A stretch of 64,000 bases of DNA from Eledone cirrhosa (GCA_964016885.1 OZ024749.1:38936001-39000000), one strand, 5' to 3'. Counted from the first letter of the stretch, positions 28,280 to 42,524 are shown. Program-made: numbers and translations. The notes: a model not told the origin generated them from the sequence alone.

Positions 28280-28397
28280 TTATATAAAAAATCGGGAGAA
28301 ACAGGGAACTATGTGTATTTAGAAATAAAAGGAAAGCACAAGTGGAGGAGAAACCCTTGTTCAGTTGTCTGCTGGAGATCACGGACATTTCAACGCA

Positions 28398-28490
<93 letters not shown>

Positions 28491-28757
28491 TATGTGTGTG
28501 TGTGTGTGTGTAGGATATCGGTAGATGAAAGATCAAGGAAAACAATACTCAATCTATTGCAAGAGAGTTTATTTAGTATAAAGTTTCATACACGTAACAT
28601 GTATGGGCGGCCATTGGTTTAGAGGTCCAGTTATGGCCACCACTGTATATTGGAGGAGGCTCTTCCAAACTGACCCCTCATCGGTCCCAGGACAAATATA
28701 CGAAAAACGCAACTTATTAAGTTCATGAAACTGTATTTATACTATATATATATATAT

Positions 28758-28955
28758 ATAGGAAAATGTTTGATCCCGACGGCAGAGCTCAAGCCGTTTC
28801 GATGGCTATTTCTGGACAATAGCCGTCGAAACGACTTGAGCTCTGCCGTCGGGATCAAACATTTTCCTATTACCCGCTCTACTACCCTAAGTATTGAGTA
28901 CTCTGGTGCGTTATGGTCCATCTGGTTCCGGTTCCTTACCACACCTCCTTCGTTA
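28758..28955. mobile_element. Truncated H8-family module with 5' inversion
   Basis: Two inverted 3' halves of the H8 hammerhead (GCCGTCGAAACG.CTTGAGCTCTGCCGTCGGG) plus the shared tail ...GTATTGAGTAC...CTTCGTTATATA, also seen at 4975-5060 and 31005-31335. Confidence 0.7.
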
Positions 28956-30449
28956 TATATATATATATATTATAAACAATTATTACATTAAACATAGATG
29001 TATTTATTGTGATATTTTTATAAAGGATGCCACAGAAGGTACGATAGATAATGATTACAATATTTTTGAGTAACAACTCTAGTCCCACATTTTTGAAGGT
29101 TTATTATAACATTCTGTGGCTCTTTTGAGCTTGCGCATTTTTCATGTCTAGTTTAATATTTTTTTAAGGCAATGCTTGTAATAACTCTAGTTAAACATGA
29201 TATATATTAATAATAAATTATCGTTGTAATGTAATTAGATTATATAATTATTATAAATGATCTTATAAATATTAGTGTAAGATGTATAAAAATATTTTCA
29301 GACTTTTAATATAAACAACAACAAAAAACAATCAATATTAAATCAATATATTATACATAATAGAAAACATAAAATAAATAAACAATATAAAAATAAAATA
29401 TTTACATACAATTGCAATTATCAGTCTATATAAATTTTCTTTATTCCCTGAGCAAATTAATGAGATTTGTTCTTATTGCACATAATTTGATGACTTTTTG
29501 GAGTGTATTAAAAGATAACAATTTGTGATTAAATTGTTATCTTAAGCAATTCTCTTTTTAATAGTTGTTGGCTGAGCGAAATTGGAAAAGCCTATGAGCA
29601 AATATTTTAAAAAGTACACAAACTACATTTCCCTGTATTGTTGCAACATTAGATAAAATAATTGAGCAATGTCGTGAGATTTTTGCTCTTATTGCACATT
29701 AATAGTGTTTCAATTTGTCGGCACAAAGCCATTACCGCAGTCCATTACTGGTACTTTATTTTATAGAACTGGTAAGGATGAAAGGCAAAATTAACCTCGG
29801 CGGGATATATTTCTTTATTTGGCACAAGGGCGCGCAAAAATGGAACATTACAGAACATGAATATACGCTATTTTCAAGTGTTTAACATTTTTTTACAAAC
29901 AAAAATTTAGAATCGTTTTGTACGAACGATAAGTTTTAAAATATTTGTACAAACTTTTACGATAGACTTTCATCTTATCTATTGACCGCCTAACCCTAAC
30001 CTTAACGTCAATATATTACATTTGTTTTTAAAATAGTTAGTATAAAATTTAAAAAATCATATAACGACGAAATAACACACATAAATGAACTAGGAAAACA
30101 AACAAAAAAACATGGCGGATGCTTTTGAGCAACACTTACTCTGATTGGTTGATAATTAGCCAATGGCATGTAATCACCACGGCCACGGCCAGGCCTGGAA
30201 AAAAATTGACGATCTACACATATATGTTAGAACACTAAAAGTGACTAAAACATTCTGTTGTTAGTCACTTCGTGTCTAAGAGATATCACATAAGAAACGG
30301 TGAATCAGTGGTGCGGCGAATATGATTTATTAGACATATTACAATCATTTCTCTGCCGACCAGCTCGAGGCACGATCGATGCAATGATCAAACCTGACTC
30401 TGAAATCGCAAGATCCTCGGATATGTCTCGATTCTACGAAGCAGAGTTT

Positions 30450-30515
<66 letters not shown>

Positions 30516-30803
30516 AACATAACAATACAGGGATGTTATGTAGTGTGTATTGTCGACATGGCAATTGAAATAGCATGTATTATATATTTTGACAACATAG
30601 CAATACTGACATAGCATGTTAATTTATGTATTGTTAATTCTGAAGACCCTCGCTATCAGAGCACACAAACTTCCCCCGAAACGAAATTTTGTAATATAAT
30701 AATAATAAAAACTACCCTGAATGACAATCTTATTAAAGAACATGTACGCATGTAATACACACACACACACACACACACACAGAAGCATATGGATATGTAT
30801 GTT

Positions 30804-30847
<44 letters not shown>

Positions 30848-31331
30848 GCTTAGAGTTTAGACTCAAAGAGGTCATTTACAATCATTTCAGCTCTAGGAAT
30901 CGCTTCTGAGCAGTATAAATTAATATTTGATGAACATTTACATGTTATAGTTGCAATTGACTAATAAGATCGCTAGATCGTTATATATATATATATATAT
31001 ATATAACGAAGGAATTGTGGTAAGGAACCAGATGGACCATAACGCACCAAAGTACTCAATATTTAGGGTAGTAGAGTGGGTAATAGGAACAAGTATGACC
31101 CCGACGGCAGAGCTCAAGCCGTTTCGACGCCTATTTCTGGACTAAATAGTTGATTTTTATTTAGTCCAGAAATAGCCGTCCAAACGGCTTGAGCTCTGCC
31201 GTCGGGGTCATACTTGTTCCTATAGCTCAGCTGTCGGGGTCTTACTGGTTCCTATTACCCACTCTACTACCTCAAGTATTGAGTACTTTGGTGCGTTATG
31301 GTCCACCTGGTTCCTTACCACATTTCCTTCG

Positions 31332-31376
<45 letters not shown>

Positions 31377-31383
31377 AATATAT

Positions 31384-31414
<31 letters not shown>

Positions 31415-31416
31415 CA

Positions 31417-31451
<35 letters not shown>

Positions 31452-31562
31452 GTATATATATATTTATATAACGAAGGAAATGTGGTAAGGAACCAGGTGG
31501 ACCATAACGCACCAAAGTACTCAATACTTGAGGTAGTAGAGTGGGTAATAGGAACCAGTAAG

Positions 31563-31656
31563 ACCCCGACAGCTGAGCTCAAGCCGTTTCGACGGCTAAT
31601 TCTGGACTAAATGAACATTTATCCTGGTATTTAAATAGCCGATCTTCTCAAGGGGT
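31563..31656 (-). ncRNA. Hammerhead with U3-A8 covariant core UUGAGAA (family H8)
   Basis: Reverse complement of 32426-32519. Confidence 0.7.
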
Positions 31657-32425
31657 AATTCCATATATGGTCAAAGTGATTGTCAAAAATCAGTAGTAAT
31701 TCTGTGGTTGCAAATTAGTAGGGGAGATGGTGGCTAAACCTGCCAGTAGGAGAAAGAGGGGAGGGGGTGGAGTAGACCCAATCAAGCGTTGGTAGTGCCA
31801 GCTACAGCTGGGCATGAGGTCAAAGAAGATACAGGGGAGGGGGAGGGGGAGGAAGTCGGAACGGTAGGTAGAACAATGGGGGGTAAAAATAGGAAAGAAT
31901 GGAAACCTTTATTGTTTATTTCGTGGTAGTCTCTTTAGTATTTTGGCCCCTTTTGTTGACCAGTCACCGTATCATTTACGTACTTATACCTCTTAAAAGG
32001 GTCCTTGCTTAATTCGTCCCACCTAGTTCTTTTACTTATTTCCTTATTTATTTATTTATTTATTTATTTACTTCTTTCTTTCTTTCTTTATTTTATTCTC
32101 GCCTAACAATAGCCTGACACCTAGGTCGTAGAATTTAATTTTTTCTTTACACTTTTTTGCTTTTCTTCACTCTCAGTATTTTTTCTTTCCTATTTTTACC
32201 CCCCATTGTTCTACCTACCGTTCCGACTTCCTCCCCCTCCCCCTCCCCTGTATCTTCTTTGACCTCATGCCCAGCTGTAGCTGGCACTACCAACGCTTGA
32301 TTGGGTCTACTCCACCCCCTCCCCTCTTTCTCCTACTGGCAGGTTTAGCCACCATCTCCCCTACTAATTTGCAACCACAGAATTACTACTGATTTTTGAC
32401 AATCACTTTGACCATATATGGAATT

Positions 32426-32519
32426 ACCCCTTGAGAAGATCGGCTATTTAAATACCAGGATAAATGTTCATTTAGTCCAGAATTAGCCGTCGAAACGGCT
32501 TGAGCTCAGCTGTCGGGGT
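32426..32519 (+). ncRNA. Hammerhead with U3-A8 covariant core UUGAGAA (family H8)
   Basis: ACCCC-UUGAGAA-[GAUCGGCUA.UU...AA.UAGCCGUC]-GAAA-CGGCU-UGAGCUC-AGCUG-UC^GGGGU. Confidence 0.7.
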
Positions 32520-32561
32520 CTTACTGGTTCCTATATATTTATATATAAATATATATCTAAG

Positions 32562-32640
<79 letters not shown>

Positions 32641-32819
32641 GTGGATGGATACTTCAACAGGTACAATGTACTTGTAGAAATATTCAAGTTGTTTATAATA
32701 CATGTGGTTCAATGGCACTAATTCGAGATACCAGAACAATATAAAAGTAGCGAAACAAACGGTTCTTAAACAATTTTCTAAATAAATTAAAAAATGATTA
32801 AATAATCACCTGTTCAGAT

Positions 32820-32900
32820 GCTGTTACCGACGGTTTCATCATTCCAAAAGATTGGAAATCCAACGAATTTCCAATGGAAAGAAATGAATCTTCAGACAGC
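32820..32900 (-). ncRNA. Type I hammerhead H9, copy 1
   Basis: GCUGU-CUGAAGA-U[UCAUUUC..AUUGGAAAUUC/GGAUUUCCAAU..GGAAUGA]U-GAAA-CCG-U-CGG-UA^ACAGC. Confidence 0.85.
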
Positions 32901-33276
32901 CCTATTTCCACGCTATAAGGTATAGCAAGTAAATATTATGCTCCCTGCCCAACGCATGCGGTCAAGCCGTTAAAGTGACACACACGCAAATCAGGTCGCT
33001 GATAAAAGCTGGATATTATAAACATGTCGAATTGCCACTAAAATTAGCGGCATTATTCAACGTTTTGTTCTCTACGTAAGGAGAATAAATTATAGAAGTG
33101 GATGGATACTTCAACAGGTACAATGTACTTGTAGAAATATTCAAGTTGTTTATAATACATGTGGTTCAATGGCACTAATTCGAGATACCAGAACAATATA
33201 AAAGTAGCGAAACAAACGGTTCTTAAACAATTTTCTAAATAAATTAAAAAATGATTAAATAATCACCTGTTCAGAT

Positions 33277-33357
33277 GCTGTTACCGACGGTTTCATCATT
33301 CCAAAAGATTGGAAATCCAACGAATTTCCAATGGAAAGAAATGAATCTTCAGACAGC
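33277..33357 (-). ncRNA. Type I hammerhead H9, copy 2
   Basis: Identical to copy 1, 457 bp away. Confidence 0.85.
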
Positions 33358-33483
33358 CCTATTTCCACGCTATAAGGTATAGCAAGTAAATATTATGCTC
33401 CCTGCCCAACGCATGCGGTCAAGCCGTTAAAGTGACACACACGCAAATCAGGTCGCTGATAAAAGCTGGATATTATAAACAGG

Positions 33484-33564
33484 GCTGTCTGAAGATTCAT
33501 TTCTTTCCATTGGAAATTCGTTGGATTTCCAATCTTTTGGAATGATGAAACCGTCGGTAACAGC
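33484..33564 (+). ncRNA. Type I hammerhead H9, inverted copy 3
   Basis: Same sequence on the plus strand. Confidence 0.85.
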
Positions 33565-33636
33565 ATCTGAACAGGTGATTATTTAATCATTTTTAAATTT
33601 ATTTAGAAAATTGTTTAAGAACCGTTTGTTTCGCTA

Positions 33637-33676
<40 letters not shown>

Positions 33677-33968
33677 CTTAGATATATATTTATATATAAA
33701 TATATATATACATATATATATACACACACACACATATATATATAAAGAATTAGTATATCTACCAACATATTTATACAAATCTATACTAACGCTAGCAAAT
33801 ATATAGGTTTTGTCTTAGTAACTTTGTGGTTCAATACAAAGGGATGCAGAACAATTATATGAAAGACGTAAAATAAGAAAATTATAGTAAATAACTTACT
33901 TACTTAAATTTCACTGGAGTGAAATTTAAGTAAGTAAGTTAATTACTATAATTTTTTTATTTTACGTC

Positions 33969-34022
<54 letters not shown>

Positions 34023-34214
34023 ACAGGGAGAACAAGACGATTATTAGGAAGAAAAAAAAATATATATACGCACTCACAACGGCAGGTTTTCTTAGATCCT
34101 TTATGTATCGTCTTACATTTGTTTGCCTAATAACGTATGTATACATTCACGAATGTGTGTGTGTATGTGTGCGTCTGTGTGTGTGTGTCTGCGTGTGTAT
34201 GCGTCTGCGTGTGT

Positions 34215-34900
34215 AGTGGAGGCGTCTGGTCAAATGGTTAAGGTATTGGTCTCACGACCGTAAAGTCGAAAGTTGGATTCCTGGATTGCTGGACCCAGTG
34301 ACTTCTTATGTCCTTGAGCAAGACGCTTTATTCCACGTTGTTCCAATCAATCCAGCTGGAAAAATATAAGTTGTACCTGTTGTTTAACCATTCAGCATTT
34401 AAACCGGCCATATTCAGCCAAAATTCTCTCACCTCTTTCTGTTCAAAACAGCCGTAACTGACCGCTCATACTGATGTTAACGTATTGTTCTCAAAATAAT
34501 ATCAAAATCTCATAGATTCGATATTATATGAGATATTATATGAGATATGTGAGATAAAGCCTTTACCGTGAAAATACAATAGTATATATAGAGTAATGTA
34601 AATGCTAAAGGGTTAAAGGACCAGTCTTGTCACATACTGTGTCCGACTGAATCTCCCTGAGATTTACGTGCAAGGATACACGTATCTGTAGGACACTTAG
34701 TCGGTTATACTTTTATAAGAGATGAACTATACCTTTAATTCAAAGGACCAGTCATGTCACACACTGAATCTTCCTAAAAATACGTTAAAGGGTTACATGC
34801 GTCTTAGAATGCTCAGCCATTTACACGTAAATTTCATGAACATGCCGTTCCGTTGATCGATCAACTGGAGCAGTCATCATCGAAAACCGACGGAAGACCA
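34215..34900 (+). mobile_element. Second SINE family (tRNA-like head, TGTCCTTGAGCAAGAC core), interrupted
   Basis: Head TGGTCAAATGGTTAAGG...GGATTCC. Core also at 52480 (plus) and 53345 (minus); the 3' body is shared with 52520-52690 and 15050-15380. Confidence 0.6.
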
Positions 34901-35041
34901 TTTCACCATGTGCTTTATAACAGGATATAAACCACCACAACAGGATGTTATTTTGTGTCATTGGGTATTATTCCCTACCATTGGTAACGAAATAAATAAA
35001 CTAACCGACAATTATATTTACGAATCTTTCTCAATATATAT

Positions 35042-35170
<129 letters not shown>

Positions 35171-35605
35171 GTGTGTGTGTGTGTGTGTTTATTTATACAC
35201 ATATACACATATATACTTCACTCCAACTGTCTTCTGTTTGTTAGCTATATAACCCTTCCTTTCTTTTAACTAAGATCATATGAAAGTTCGACACACCTAC
35301 CTATTATACATCAACATACCTATTATACATCAACATTGTATTATACATCAACACTAGCAGATGTCGACAAACGTCTGATACTCCCAAGTGCAAGGTTGGG
35401 CAAAGTCCAGCCCACGGGCCAAGTTCGGCCTGCGATTCTGTTTCACTCATCACGCAAACTGTGGCGTTACATGCAAACATTCTTTGTTTTCTTTATCAAT
35501 CTTTGGTTATTGAACAATAGAATTTAGCATTGAAAAAGAAAGTCTATTTTTATTTTTTATTTTTTACAGTGGCATCAGAAGAATCAATGTTATATATTTA
35601 TATTT

Positions 35606-35792
35606 ATGGTGGATTGTTAGTATCGGTAGAGGGTCTGACACCATGCTTTGCAGCAAAGAGTTATGGCCTTTTATAGTCTGAATTCAAATCCCGCCGAGGT
35701 TAACTTTGCCTTTCATCCTTACGGGGTCGATAAAATAAAGCACCAGTAATGTACTGGGTAATTGCTGGCCTTGTGCCAAAAGTAGAAACAGT
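35606..35792 (+). mobile_element. tRNA-derived SINE
   Basis: Dominant SINE motifs. Confidence 0.85.
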
Positions 35793-36721
35793 TATATATT
35801 TATATTTGTACAGACAGAAGTGAGATTCCTTCACTTGAGAAGAAATCAAAGTTTGACCAGATGTGAGATGTTAGACATTACACAGTCTTCCTTTCAGAAA
35901 TAAATGGAGCAAACATTTTTGAAAAATATATTTATTTTATTCCACGTTAGTTTTTATCTGCCGGAGGAGTATTAATGCACGGCCCCACCACTTTAGAAGA
36001 ATAACAGATAGGAGGATAGTACAGACTTTCTAGAAATCTTCTTGGCATGTAACCACTGGTGGCTATAATTGATTTATAGGGAAGGACAGCAACCATGACC
36101 TTTTTTTTTTTTAAATCTAAGAATAATGGGAGTAAAGGTGAAGGTTCTTGTCAAAAGGAAATAAATGGAGAAGACGTTGCCCCGGAAAGTGTCGTGGGAA
36201 TTGCGCTGGAACTGCCAACTCCAACTCATGGGACTCGCTCATGCGGGTAAGGCGGCTCCGCCCCGGTAGCGGTGAATAGGGATGTGGTCCGCGGGGCAAA
36301 ATCAACAACTATCACAAACCCCTTATTGTTACAGTCACAGCGTACTCTAATTCTCACGATCAAATTACTGTTAAAGACGTCTGACGATTAAAGGGCTAAC
36401 GACTGTCTCTCAGATTTAATCAAACAAATAAAGAACTAAAGCTACTGAACATTCAAATCAAATATAAGTTAAAACCGAGATTAAATAAATGTTGAGAAAG
36501 TTACATAAAATAAATATTTATTTATATATTTCTAGAGTTAGCAACCACAATGGCGCAGCTGAGATGTGGTGTCCAGCTGACAATGTAGCCTCGAAACCCA
36601 ATCTCCCCTATTTGTTTTGTTTTGTCTTATATCTCTACATGCAAATGAATCATAGTCTTAGCTGCTATATACAGGCCTATATTGCACATCTGGCCAGGGT
36701 TATTAGTAGCTATTTCACATC

Positions 36722-36790
<69 letters not shown>

Positions 36791-36960
36791 TATATAAGTA
36801 TGTATACTAAGAGTGAGAAATGAAATTTCGTTTCATTCCTTTCCCTCTATATATATATATATATAGTAATAATAATAAATTAAAATCCAAAGAGGGCTCA
36901 ATAAGGATAAATATATATATCAAATATATAAGATCACGTTAAGGGTGAAAAAAAAAAAAA

Positions 36961-36993
<33 letters not shown>

Positions 36994-36998
36994 CGTAT

Positions 36999-37076
<78 letters not shown>

Positions 37077-37318
37077 TTACGCACGTGCACAAGTATAGCT
37101 CCTTTTACAAAACGGTTTTTGTTTCCATTTCGGGCAGACGCGTTCCATCATCCACAGTTTTGCAAGGGATGTCAACATGAATGGACCTGTTATTCTTATC
37201 TAAAGACATTTTTTTCCAATTCTAACCCGGCCGTCTGTCTAACCCTCAATCTGTCTAACCCTCAATCTGTCTAACCCTCAATCTGTCTAACCCTCAATCT
37301 GTCTTATTTCTCATTATT

Positions 37319-37354
37319 TCTTCTGGTGAAGGACCAGCGTCCGAAATGTTAAGA
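37319..37354 (+). ncRNA. Degenerate H4 hammerhead (CUGGUGA)
   Basis: Within an H4 module at 37140-37442; core substitution A6G. Confidence 0.5.
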
Positions 37355-37438
37355 CCCTCTTCTTGCTATTTCAAGCGTTAACCTAATATATTCCTTTCAT
37401 ATACTGTACCGATTGTGTTGTTATTTCTGTTTACCTTT

Positions 37439-37485
<47 letters not shown>

Positions 37486-37510
37486 GTTCAACCATCTGGC
37501 AGGAAGGTAT

Positions 37511-37553
37511 ACGATACTGACGATAGCTAATAAGCTTGAAACTAGTACATCGT
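37511..37553 (+). ncRNA. Minimal hammerhead (family H10)
   Basis: ACGAUA-CUGACGA-U-AGCU-AAUA-AGCU-U-GAAA-CUAG-UA^CAUCGU; palindromic helix III ACUAGU. Confidence 0.7.
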
Positions 37554-37676
37554 TCCTGTGTCAGTGTTGAAAAAAAAGGTGACGTGGTTGCCTAAACACT
37601 GTACGGCGTAATTCGGGCTGTTTGTTTGTTTGACAAACCGAGCATTATAATAGATGTTCGGTAAACCGATACGTGC

Positions 37677-37710
<34 letters not shown>

Positions 37711-37724
37711 ATGTATGTATATAT

Positions 37725-40290
37725 ATACATACTACTGTACGTCTGTATACATATATGTATGTACGTATACATACATACTTACATTTTTATATATATATAT
37801 ATATATACATACTACTGTACGTCTGTATACATATATGTATGTACGTATACATACTTACATTTATATATATATATATATATATACATACTACTGTACGTCT
37901 GTATACATATATGTATGTACGTATACATACATACTTACATTTATATATATATATATATATATATACATACTACTGTACGTCTGTATACATATATGTATGT
38001 ACGTATACATACTTACATTTATATATATATATATATATATACATACTACTGTACGTCTGTATACATATATGTATGTACGTATACATACATACTTACATTT
38101 TTATATATATATATATATATACATACTACTGTACGTCTGTATACATATATGTATGTACGTATACATACATACATTTATATATATATATATATACATACTA
38201 CTGTACGTCTGTATACATATATGTATGTACGTATACATACATACTTACATTTTTATATATATATATATATATACATACTACTGTACGTCTGTATACATAT
38301 ATGTATGTACGTATACATACATACTTACATTTTTATATATATATATATATATAAATGCTACTGTACGTCTGTATACATATATGTATGTACGTATACATAC
38401 TTACATTTATATATATATATATATATATACATACTACTGTACGTCTGTATACATATATGTATGTACGTATACATACATACTTACATTTATATATATATAT
38501 ATATATATATATACATACTACTGTACGTCTGTATACATATATGTATGTACGTATACATACTTACATTTTTATATATATATATATATATATACATACATAC
38601 TACTGTATGTCTGTATACATATATGTATGTACGTATACATACATACATTTATATATATATATATATATATATATACATACTACTGTACGTCTGTATACAT
38701 ATATGTATGTACGTATACATACATACTTACATTTTTATATATATATATATATACATACTACTGTACGTCTGTATACATATATGTATGTACGTATACATAC
38801 ATACATTTATATATATATATATATATATATACATACTACTGTACGTCTGTATACATATATGTATGTACGTATACATACATACTTACATTTTTATATATAT
38901 ATATATATACATACTACTGTACGTCTGTATACATATATGTATGTACGTATACATACATACATTTATATATATATATATATATATATACATACTACTGTAC
39001 GTCTGTATACATATATGTATGTACGTATACATACATACTTACATTTTTATATATATATATATATATACATACTACTGTACGTCTGTATACATATATGTAT
39101 GTACGTATACATACTTACATTTATATATATATATATATATATACATACTACTGTACGTCTGTATACATATATGTATGTACGTATACATACATACTTACAT
39201 TTATATATATATATATATATATATACATACTACTGTACGTCTGTATACATATATGTATGTACGTATACATACTTACATTTATATATATATATATATACAT
39301 ACTACTGTACGTCTGTATACATATATGTATGTACGTATACATACATACTTACATTTTTATATATATATATATATATACATACTACTGTACGTCTGTATAC
39401 ATATATGTATGTACGTATACATACATACATTTATATATATATATATATACATACTACTGTACGTCTGTATACATATATGTATGTACGTATACATACATAC
39501 TTACATTTTTATATATATATATATATATACATACTACTGTACGTCTGTATACATATATGTATGTACGTATACATACATACTTACATTTTTATATATATAT
39601 ATATATATAAATGCTACTGTACGTCTGTATACATATATGTATGTACGTATACATACTTACATTTATATATATATATATATATATACATACTACTGTACGT
39701 CTGTATACATATATGTATGTACGTATACATACATACTTACATTTATATATATATATATATATATATATACATACTACTGTACGTCTGTATACATATATGT
39801 ATGTACGTATACATACTTACATTTTTATATATATATATATATATATACATACATACTACTGTACGTCTGTATACATATATGTATGTACGTATACATACAT
39901 ACATTTATATATATATATATATATATATACATACTACTGTACGTCTGTATACATATATGTATGTACGTATACATACATACTTACATTTTTATATATATAT
40001 ATATATACATACTACTGTACGTCTGTATACATATATGTATGTACGTATACATACATACATTTATATATATATATATATATATATACATACTACTGTACGT
40101 CTGTATACATATATGTATGTACGTATACATACATACTTACATTTTTATATATATATATATATACATACTACTGTACGTCTGTATACATATATGTATGTAC
40201 GTATACATACATACTTACATTTTTATATATATATATATATATACTACTGTACGTCTGTATACATATATGTATGTACGTATACATACTTAC

Positions 40291-40335
<45 letters not shown>

Positions 40336-40386
40336 CTACTGTACGTCTGTATACATATATGTATGTACGTATACATACATACTTAC

Positions 40387-40451
<65 letters not shown>

Positions 40452-40502
40452 CTACTGTACGTCTGTATACATATATGTATGTACGTATACATACATACTT
40501 AC

Positions 40503-40547
<45 letters not shown>

Positions 40548-40598
40548 CTACTGTACGTCTGTATACATATATGTATGTACGTATACATACATACTTAC

Positions 40599-40635
<37 letters not shown>
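37725..40635. repeat. ~70-80-bp minisatellite (CATACTACTGTACGTCTGTATACATATATGTATGTACGTATACATAC..TTACATTT plus variable (TA)n) with a higher-order duplication
   Basis: Tandem units; the rare variant ATAAATGCTACTG recurs 1256 bp apart (ATG at 38355 and 39611). Confidence 0.95.
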
Positions 40636-40636
<1 letters not shown>

Positions 40637-40902
40637 TTATACATAAATATATATGTATAAACATTCATGTATATTTTAATGTTATGTAAATATTTGTTCA
40701 GTTTAAAAGTACGGTTGGAAAATATCTCCGAGTTACGCCCTCTATCGAGTAACGTTACCCCCAAAGATCCTTCGGAGGGACCCCACTTCGGCCGCTGGTA
40801 TTCGCAATTGTATTCTTTCGGTCATTTCCCAAGATTCATGACTATAGGTAAGGGATGTCACGATTACCAAATTGAAGATACCCCCCCTCCTCCTCCTCCT
40901 CC

Positions 40903-40935
<33 letters not shown>

Positions 40936-41529
40936 GCATCATCATCATCATCATCATTTTACGTCCGTATTCTTCGCTGGTATTGGTTGGACAGGTCATC
41001 ACCCTCCGAGTCAGTCCCGTTTTCAAGTTTCAGCCCTCCGTGACGTGATCACGCTACCACGTCAAGCTCATATACATAGCAATCTTTTACATTTGGCTTC
41101 TACATTTGGATACCATTCATAATCCCAACCCCCCTTTACAGAGTGCGCATGGTGTATTTTATCGTAACGCCGTCACTGCCACTTTAGAGTGTATAGTGGG
41201 TGGATTTTATGGTGTCAATTTACAGAGTGGACTCGGTGGATTTTAACGTGTCACCAGCACTGCCACTAGTGGGTGTATTATATCATGTCACCAGCACTAC
41301 TACAGAGGTTGTCATGTCTTCAACAAGACTAAAGAGTCCCCTAAAATACCATATGATGTAGCACACTAGGACAGCCTACCCTTTCATCCACACTCAAACA
41401 CAATTAAATCCATATTTTATATAGCAAAAACCTTTTGGTTAAAGTTTTTTGACAAAAGATTTTTCAGATTTTATTTTTTTTCAAATGAAAGAATTCTTAG
41501 CAACACAATGAAGGTTACATGTATTCAAT

Positions 41530-41872
41530 AATGGTTTCTTATATAGGCAAAAGGCCAGCAATTTTTGGGGAGGGGAAAGTCGATTAAATCGACCCCAGTA
41601 CGTGACTGGTACTTTATTTTATCGACCGTGTAAGGATAAAAAGTAAAGTTAACCTCAACGGGATTTGAACTCAGATCATAAAGGGCCGTAACTCTATGCT
41701 GCAAAACATGGTGACCGACACTACCGATACTGCCAATCCACCCCGCCCTACATGTATTCAATAATTCTTTCTACTTTTGGCACAAGGCCAGCAATTAATC
41801 CAGTAGATTACTGGTACTTTATTTTATCGACCCCCGTAAGGATGAAAGGCAAAGTTAACCTCGGCGGGATTT
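41530..41872 (-). mobile_element. Full SINE plus adjacent partial SINE
   Basis: Reverse-complement SINE motifs. Confidence 0.85.
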
Positions 41873-42524
41873 TACCAACCGGTGGATGGAAATAAAGTCA
41901 GAGAAAATAGTCACCATTTCGGAAAGAGAAAAAGTCATTGAGGAAAATGTCTCATTTTATTTAAAGTCTCACTGTAGTCGAGATCTTTTACTTGTTTCTA
42001 TTCTTTTATTCTTTTAATTGTTTCAGCCATTAGATTAAGGCAATGCTGGGGCACCGTTTAATCCTTACAATTCTTAAAATAAACCTAAACATTTTTGTTT
42101 TGTCCTACAGTGGAACTGAAGGGATTGTTGCTAGATGAATCAGATGTAACACAATTTAAACATCAGAACCCCCCCCCCCCACACACACACACACACATAC
42201 ACTACAGCACCTACCACACACCACCCCACAGCACCCCCCACAGCACCCCCACCTCTCGCCATGCCACTACTCTAAATAACTGGTGATCATAACAATTCTG
42301 TTGACACTAACAAAATATGTATTGGACACCATTGTTTGCTATTGAATATCTATTCTATCTGAAATACCTCCAGAGTTCTCTTACTACTTCATCCCCAGTC
42401 CCTGCCATTTCACACACAACAAAACATCTAAACACCCTACCATCCACAACGTATTACATCTACTGGCTCCTTGATTGTTAATATGCGTGTGTGAGTACAT
42501 ACATACATACACATACACAAACAT

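Larger units (their letters stand above)
31548..32534. repeat. ~350-bp near-perfect inverted repeat (31548-31899 / 32183-32534) with ~280-bp spacer
   Basis: Arms match as reverse complements on inspection; each carries an H8 ribozyme. Confidence 0.9.
32634..33643 (-). mobile_element. PLE pseudo-LTR / retrozyme-like module: 457-bp direct repeat (~1.85 copies) plus inverted partial copy
   Basis: 32634-33023 recurs at 33091-33480, and 33481-33643 is an inverted copy. Each part carries an H9 hammerhead, both ends lie in (TA)n, and there is no ORF. Confidence 0.8.

Noticed and set aside
37654-40689. 1011-aa and overlapping long ORFs
   Set aside because: Translations of a stop-poor minisatellite, open in several frames and composed almost only of Y/I/H/T/V/C/M.
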